From: Schaalia meyeri
GTDB taxonomy: Bacteria > Actinomycetota > Actinomycetes > Actinomycetales > Actinomycetaceae
Assembly: GCF_900105015.1 (NCBI RefSeq)
Contig: NZ_FNLK01000002.1
Coordinates: 1-29,333, forward strand
Direction: 5' to 3'
Length of the DNA: 29,333 nt
The notes under the pieces were generated by a model. The model was not told where the DNA came from, made no database searches, and saw only the letters and a list, made by a program, of their open reading frames with translations. Below, piece after piece: positions 25,941 through 29,333 of the stretch. Numbering within the stretch: the first letter of the stretch is position 1; each line of letters opens with the position of its first letter. The position numbers and the translations under genes were made by a program.

Positions 25941-26434
25941 TGCGTTCCCCCTTCGCGCATCTGACTTGCGGGAGCGGCCGGGGCCTCGTCATCGAAATCC
26001 TCGGGCGCAATGAAGCGGCGCAGCCTCGTTGACGACGTTGAGGGCGTGTACGGCAGGTAGACGACGCGCGCGCCGACCTCCGCCATCTCGGCCTCAAGCC
26101 GGGCGCCCTTCGCGCTGTCCTTCCAATCGTCCCCCTTGAAGAGCACGTCGAACGGTTGCAGGCGCCATGCCAGGCGCTTGTCCTGATCCAGATCCACGAC
26201 CACCGCGTCCACGAAACGCAGCGACGAGACCAGATCACAGCGTTCCTTCAGCGGGATGACGGGGGCGCGGCCTTTCATGCGGATGAGCGCCTCGTCCGAG
26301 GTAACGCCGACGACCAGGCGATCACAGCGCTCGCGCGCGGCACGCAGGATATTAAGGTGTCCCTGGTGGAACATGTCAAAACCCCCGGGAACGTAGCCGG
26401 TGATGGGGGTGCGTCGCTGAGTCGTTTCATCCAC
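25937..26434 (-). CDS. Cytidylyltransferase, TagD-like (glycerol-3-phosphate cytidylyltransferase family)
   Basis: The HxGH motif is in GGFDMFHQGHLNIL. It is collinear with TagD (VGVTSDE, RFVDAVV, FKGDDW, VVYLPYTPSTSSTRLR matching RTxGISTT). An acidic C-terminal extension follows. The GTG start has no clear SD. Confidence 0.85.
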   Translation of the reverse strand: MDETTQRRTPITGYVPGGFDMFHQGHLNILRAARERCDRLVVGVTSDEALIRMKGRAPVIPLKERCDLVSSLRFVDAVVVDLDQDKRLAWRLQPFDVLFKGDDWKDSAKGARLEAEMAEVGARVVYLPYTPSTSSTRLRRFIAPEDFDDEAPAAPASQMREGGTQ

Positions 26435-26665
26435 GTAACAAGTGTGCCATTTATCAGACGGTCAACGCGACGCTTACCCACTAAATGACCGAAAGATCAC
26501 GTCTCAGCATCACACACCACGCGACCAGCTTCCGCGCAAAGCCTGCATAGTCAAGAAAAATGACCAGGTGGCCGCCGACGCGCGCACTCCCGACCCGCGA
26601 GGAAGCGTGCCCGCCTGAGAAGAGCGGCCGCGGCCTGGCCAATGCCCCCGCGGGCGACGCCGAGG

Positions 26666-27520
26666 TCAGCGCGAGAAAACGACGGTGCGCGTCCCGTTCA
26701 TGAGGACCCGCCGCTCCGCGTGGAAGCGAACGGCCTGCGCGAGCACGCGGCGCTCCACGTCCTGGCCGAGCGCGACCATGTCCGGCGTCGAGTCCGCGTG
26801 AGACACACGCGTCACGTCCTGCTCGATGATCGGTCCTTCGTCGAGATCCGCCGTGACGTAGTGAGCGGTCGCGCCGATCAGCTTGACGCCGCGCTCATGG
26901 GCCTGCGCGTAGGGGCGCGCGCCCTTGAAAGATGGCAGGAAGGAGTGGTGGATGTTGATGACGCGGCCCTTCATGGCGCGGCAAACATCGTCGGAGAGGA
27001 TCTGCATGTAGCGGGCCAGCACAACCAGCTCCACATTTTCGGAGGCGATGAGGCCCAGGAGCTGACGCTCTGCCTGCGCCTTCGTGTCCTTCGTGACCGG
27101 GATGTTCAGGAAGGGCACGCCGTAGAACTGGGCGACGGGCGCCAGGTCCGGGTGGTTGCCGACGACTGCGATCACGTTGATGGGCAGGCCCTGGGTTTGC
27201 TGACGATAGAGCAGGTCGGTGAGGCAGTGGCCCTCGCGCGACACCATGATGATCGTGCGGAGCTTGCGACCCAGGTCGTCCACGCGGTAGGCGGCGTCGA
27301 ATTCGACGGCGACGCGCGCGAGCCCCTCGTGGATGGGGGCGCGCCCCTGCGGGGAATCCACCTCAACGCGCATGAAAAAGGTGCCCGTGCCCGGATCTCC
27401 GAACTGCTGCGACTGAATGACGTTGCCATCGGATTCGCCGATCACACCGGTCACGGCGTGCACGATGCCGGGACGGTCCGGGCACGACAGGGTGACAACA
27501 AGCTGCGCGGTTTTGGTCAT
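26666..27520 (-). CDS. purU: Formyltetrahydrofolate deformylase
   Basis: There is an N-terminal ACT domain (LVVTLSCPDRPGIVHAVTGVIGESDGNVIQSQQF). The formyltransferase core is INIHHSFLPSFKGARPYAQAHERGVKLIGATAHYVTADLDEGPII. I chose the ATG at 27520 (284 aa) by length comparison with known PurU; the ORF-track start is 27586. Confidence 0.9.
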   Translation of the reverse strand: MTKTAQLVVTLSCPDRPGIVHAVTGVIGESDGNVIQSQQFGDPGTGTFFMRVEVDSPQGRAPIHEGLARVAVEFDAAYRVDDLGRKLRTIIMVSREGHCLTDLLYRQQTQGLPINVIAVVGNHPDLAPVAQFYGVPFLNIPVTKDTKAQAERQLLGLIASENVELVVLARYMQILSDDVCRAMKGRVINIHHSFLPSFKGARPYAQAHERGVKLIGATAHYVTADLDEGPIIEQDVTRVSHADSTPDMVALGQDVERRVLAQAVRFHAERRVLMNGTRTVVFSR

Positions 27521-27669
27521 GGGCGCCAGTCTAGCCACGCTCACACCCATCAACGAGGCCGGGGAACCGTTTGCGGGGGACGCCACGCGTGGTGGGCACA
27601 GTTTCCTTTTTCCCTGACGGACACCGGTGGAGGAGGACCGACGCGCGGCGCACGTCTACCATCGGCCTC

Positions 27670-28176
27670 ATGAGCATTCACCTTGCAGCGCTGGCCGACC
27701 TCGACCTCATCGACGGCCTCTACGCACACGCCCGGAAGTTCATGCGCGCGAACGGGAACGGCACACAGTGGCCGGAGGGATACCCCGCGCGCGCCGACGC
27801 CGAGGAGGACATCGCGCTGGGGCACTGTTACCTCGTGACAGACGAGGAGGGACCGATCGCCGTGTTCACCTTCGCGCCCGGGCCCGATGAAACCTACGCG
27901 AAGATCGACGGCGCGTGGCGCCGCGACGCCGACTACCACGTCATCCACCGCGTGGCCGCCGTGCGCGGCCGGGGCATCGCCCGAGCTGTCTTCGTCTTCG
28001 CCAGCGAACGGGCCGACTACCTGCGCTGCGACACCCACGAGAACAACGCCCCCATGCGCCACGCCCTCGAATCATTCGGTTTCAGCGAGTGCGGCACGAT
28101 CACGGTGGCCGACGGCACCCCACGCATCGCCTACGACTGGATCACGGACACCACACCCTCCAAGGCAAACGACTAG
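27670..28176 (+). CDS. GNAT-family N-acetyltransferase
   Basis: A 168-aa protein runs from the ATG at 27670. The acetyl-CoA motif A is HRVAAVRGRGIARAVF, followed by NNAPMRHALESFGF. Confidence 0.75.
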   Translation: MSIHLAALADLDLIDGLYAHARKFMRANGNGTQWPEGYPARADAEEDIALGHCYLVTDEEGPIAVFTFAPGPDETYAKIDGAWRRDADYHVIHRVAAVRGRGIARAVFVFASERADYLRCDTHENNAPMRHALESFGFSECGTITVADGTPRIAYDWITDTTPSKAND

Positions 28177-28437
28177 CCCGCCCACTCCGTGGAGGCCTGC
28201 TCACAGCCTCGCACGCAGTTCCCTGAATAAACGATCGTGAAACAGATCAAAATCCGCCCGATTTCAACGATTCTGCCCCGAAGGTTGGATTACTTGCAGG
28301 GGAATTGATGATGAAGTTCCGGGAGCCACATTTCCCGCTGACGTCTCGCTCGCGCAGTGGAGCAGCGCCCGCTCGCTCCCACAACACACCGCGCAGTGCC
28401 GACACCGCACGCAGTGTCGCGCACCCACCGCGATAAT

Positions 28438-28539
28438 CTGGATAGGAAACGACGAGCTGGATAGGTTATCGGGTTCTGGATAGGAAAATATCCTATCCAG
28501 AACACTGGTTTCCTATCCAGAAGAGAACAACCTACCCAG
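28438..28539. repeat. Dyad-symmetric array of six phased 9-mer sites (CTGGATAGG x3 direct, CCTATCCAG x2 plus CCTACCCAG inverted)
   Basis: Sites lie at 28438-46, 28457-65 and 28476-84 (forward) and at 28492-500, 28512-20 and 28531-39 (reverse; the last has 1 mismatch). Spacing within each arm is 19-20 nt. The inner pair forms the perfect palindrome CTGGATAGG-AAAATAT-CCTATCCAG. Confidence 0.9.
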
Positions 28540-28659
28540 AAGTCGGCCCACAGGACGATGGGGCCACGTCAAACAGACCGCCCGGCGTTCATAGCAACCA
28601 CCAACACGCACACGGCTCCCCCACACGCCAGCAACCCCCAGGCACGGGCTGCATAATGC

Positions 28660-28692
28660 GGGCGCGCGCCCGGCCAAGCCGGGCGCGCGCCC
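28660..28692. terminator. Stem-loop terminator downstream of mdh
   Basis: A perfect 15-bp GC stem, gggcgcgcgcccggc / gccgggcgcgcgccc, closes on the loop caa. It sits 32 nt past the mdh stop at 28724 on the minus strand. Confidence 0.7.
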
Positions 28693-28723
28693 TTCCCACC
28701 AACCGCCACAGGGGCGGTAGACC

Positions 28724-29333
28724 TCACTTAATGAAGCCAAGAGCCTTAACGGCGTCGTACTCTTCCTGCAGGGCCTTGACGTTGTGGTCGATTCCGGCGC
28801 GGGTCGCATCGGAGATCTCGAGGCCATCAACGACCTGCCACTCGCCACCGTCGGAGGTGACAGGGAAGCCAAAGTTCAGGCCGGCGGGGACACCATAGTG
28901 GGTGCCGTCGCTCATGACGCCTGCGGTGACCCACTCGCCCTCGGGCGTGCCGTGGATCCACGAATACATGTGGTCGATCGCCGCGTTCGCGGCGGAAGCG
29001 GCCGAGGAGGCCCCGCGCGCCTCAATGATGGCGGCGCCACGCTTGGCGACGGTGGGGCGGTAGTAGCTGGACAGCCACTCCTCGTCCACCAGCTCGGTCG
29101 CGGGCTTGCCCGCGACCTTCGCGAAAGAAACGTCCGGGTACTGGTCGGCGGAGTGGTTACCCCACACGACAACATCCTTGATGTCGGCGTTCGCGGCGCC
29201 GGTCTTGTGCGCGAGCTGCGCGACGGCGCGGTTGTGGTCCAGGCGCATCATCGCGGTGAAGCGGGACGCGGGCACGTCCGGGGCGGCGTTCTGGGCGATG
29301 GTCGCATTGGTGTTCGCGGGGTTGCCCACGACG
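28724..29333 (-). CDS. mdh: Malate dehydrogenase, C-terminal ~200 aa; the gene runs off the right edge of the window
   Basis: The translation reads [12 protein letters not shown]...[12 protein letters not shown]...[13 protein letters not shown]...[20 protein letters not shown], typical of LDH-like (cytosolic-type) MDH. Confidence 0.9.
   Translation of the reverse strand, partial: VVGNPANTNATIAQNAAPDVPASRFTAMMRLDHNRAVAQLAHKTGAANADIKDVVVWGNHSADQYPDVSFAKVAGKPATELVDEEWLSSYYRPTVAKRGAAIIEARGASSAASAANAAIDHMYSWIHGTPEGEWVTAGVMSDGTHYGVPAGLNFGFPVTSDGGEWQVVDGLEISDATRAGIDHNVKALQEEYDAVKALGFIK

Noticed and set aside
27521-27669. Search for a ZTP or other riboswitch in the purU leader / purU-GNAT divergent region.
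   Set aside because: No UGGCG...GGUGGG...CCGCCUGGGC elements or other motif I recognise. It is just a 149-bp divergent promoter region.
28438-28539. The repeat array as a CRISPR array.
   Set aside because: The repeats are only 9 nt long with 10-11-nt gaps, and half of them are in inverted orientation. No cas genes are present. This is incompatible with CRISPR.
28492-28539. CCTATCCAG sites as DnaA boxes (an oriC, datA or DARS-like cluster).
   Set aside because: CTATCCAGA matches the E. coli TTATCCACA box at 7 of 9 positions, but the mismatch falls in the conserved CACA part. It also differs from the actinobacterial TTGTCCACA form, and no dnaA or dnaN is nearby. I keep it only as a remote alternative under the array finding.

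Overview
This is a visibly GC-rich (about two-thirds G+C by eye) actinobacterial-type chromosome segment. The proteins look most like Actinomycetaceae, but that is inference only. Nearly all convincing genes are on the minus strand, and most long plus-strand ORFs in the track are antisense shadows.

Left part (1-11.9 kb), housekeeping: a 3'-disrupted eno, a lipoprotein, mfd, pth, a membrane-anchored SGNH hydrolase, galK, a 2H phosphoesterase, xth, and a GTGA-coupled glyA-folD operon preceded by a clear ZTP (pfl-type) riboswitch.

Middle part (12.2-26.4 kb), a Wzx/Wzy-type cell-surface glycan locus in two blocks:
- Block 1: a monotopic phosphoglycosyl transferase and a TagA/WecG-like glycosyltransferase.
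- Block 2: flippase, an orphan membrane protein, a Wzy-like protein, GT2, a Wzz/PCP protein with a P-loop-less kinase-like tail, GT2, a CDP-alcohol phosphotransferase and a TagD-like cytidylyltransferase.
- Between the blocks lies an 1161-aa secreted protein with a fibrinogen-like YCDxxxxGGGW domain, beta-propeller repeats, FN3 and two carbohydrate-binding-like modules.

Right part (26.6-29.3 kb): purU, a GNAT acetyltransferase, a 547-bp gene-less convergent gap holding a dyad-symmetric array of six phased 9-mer sites, and a partial mdh.

I found no rRNA, tRNA, CRISPR array, transposase, integrase or recognisable defence or toxin system. The items most worth a second look are the phased repeat array at 28.4-28.5 kb, the fibrinogen-like lectin-type protein inside the glycan locus, the cytidylyltransferase/CDP-alcohol phosphotransferase pair, the degenerate kinase-like PCP tail, and the fold-back at the window start. 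All family assignments come from motif reading of the translations, with no database search run.
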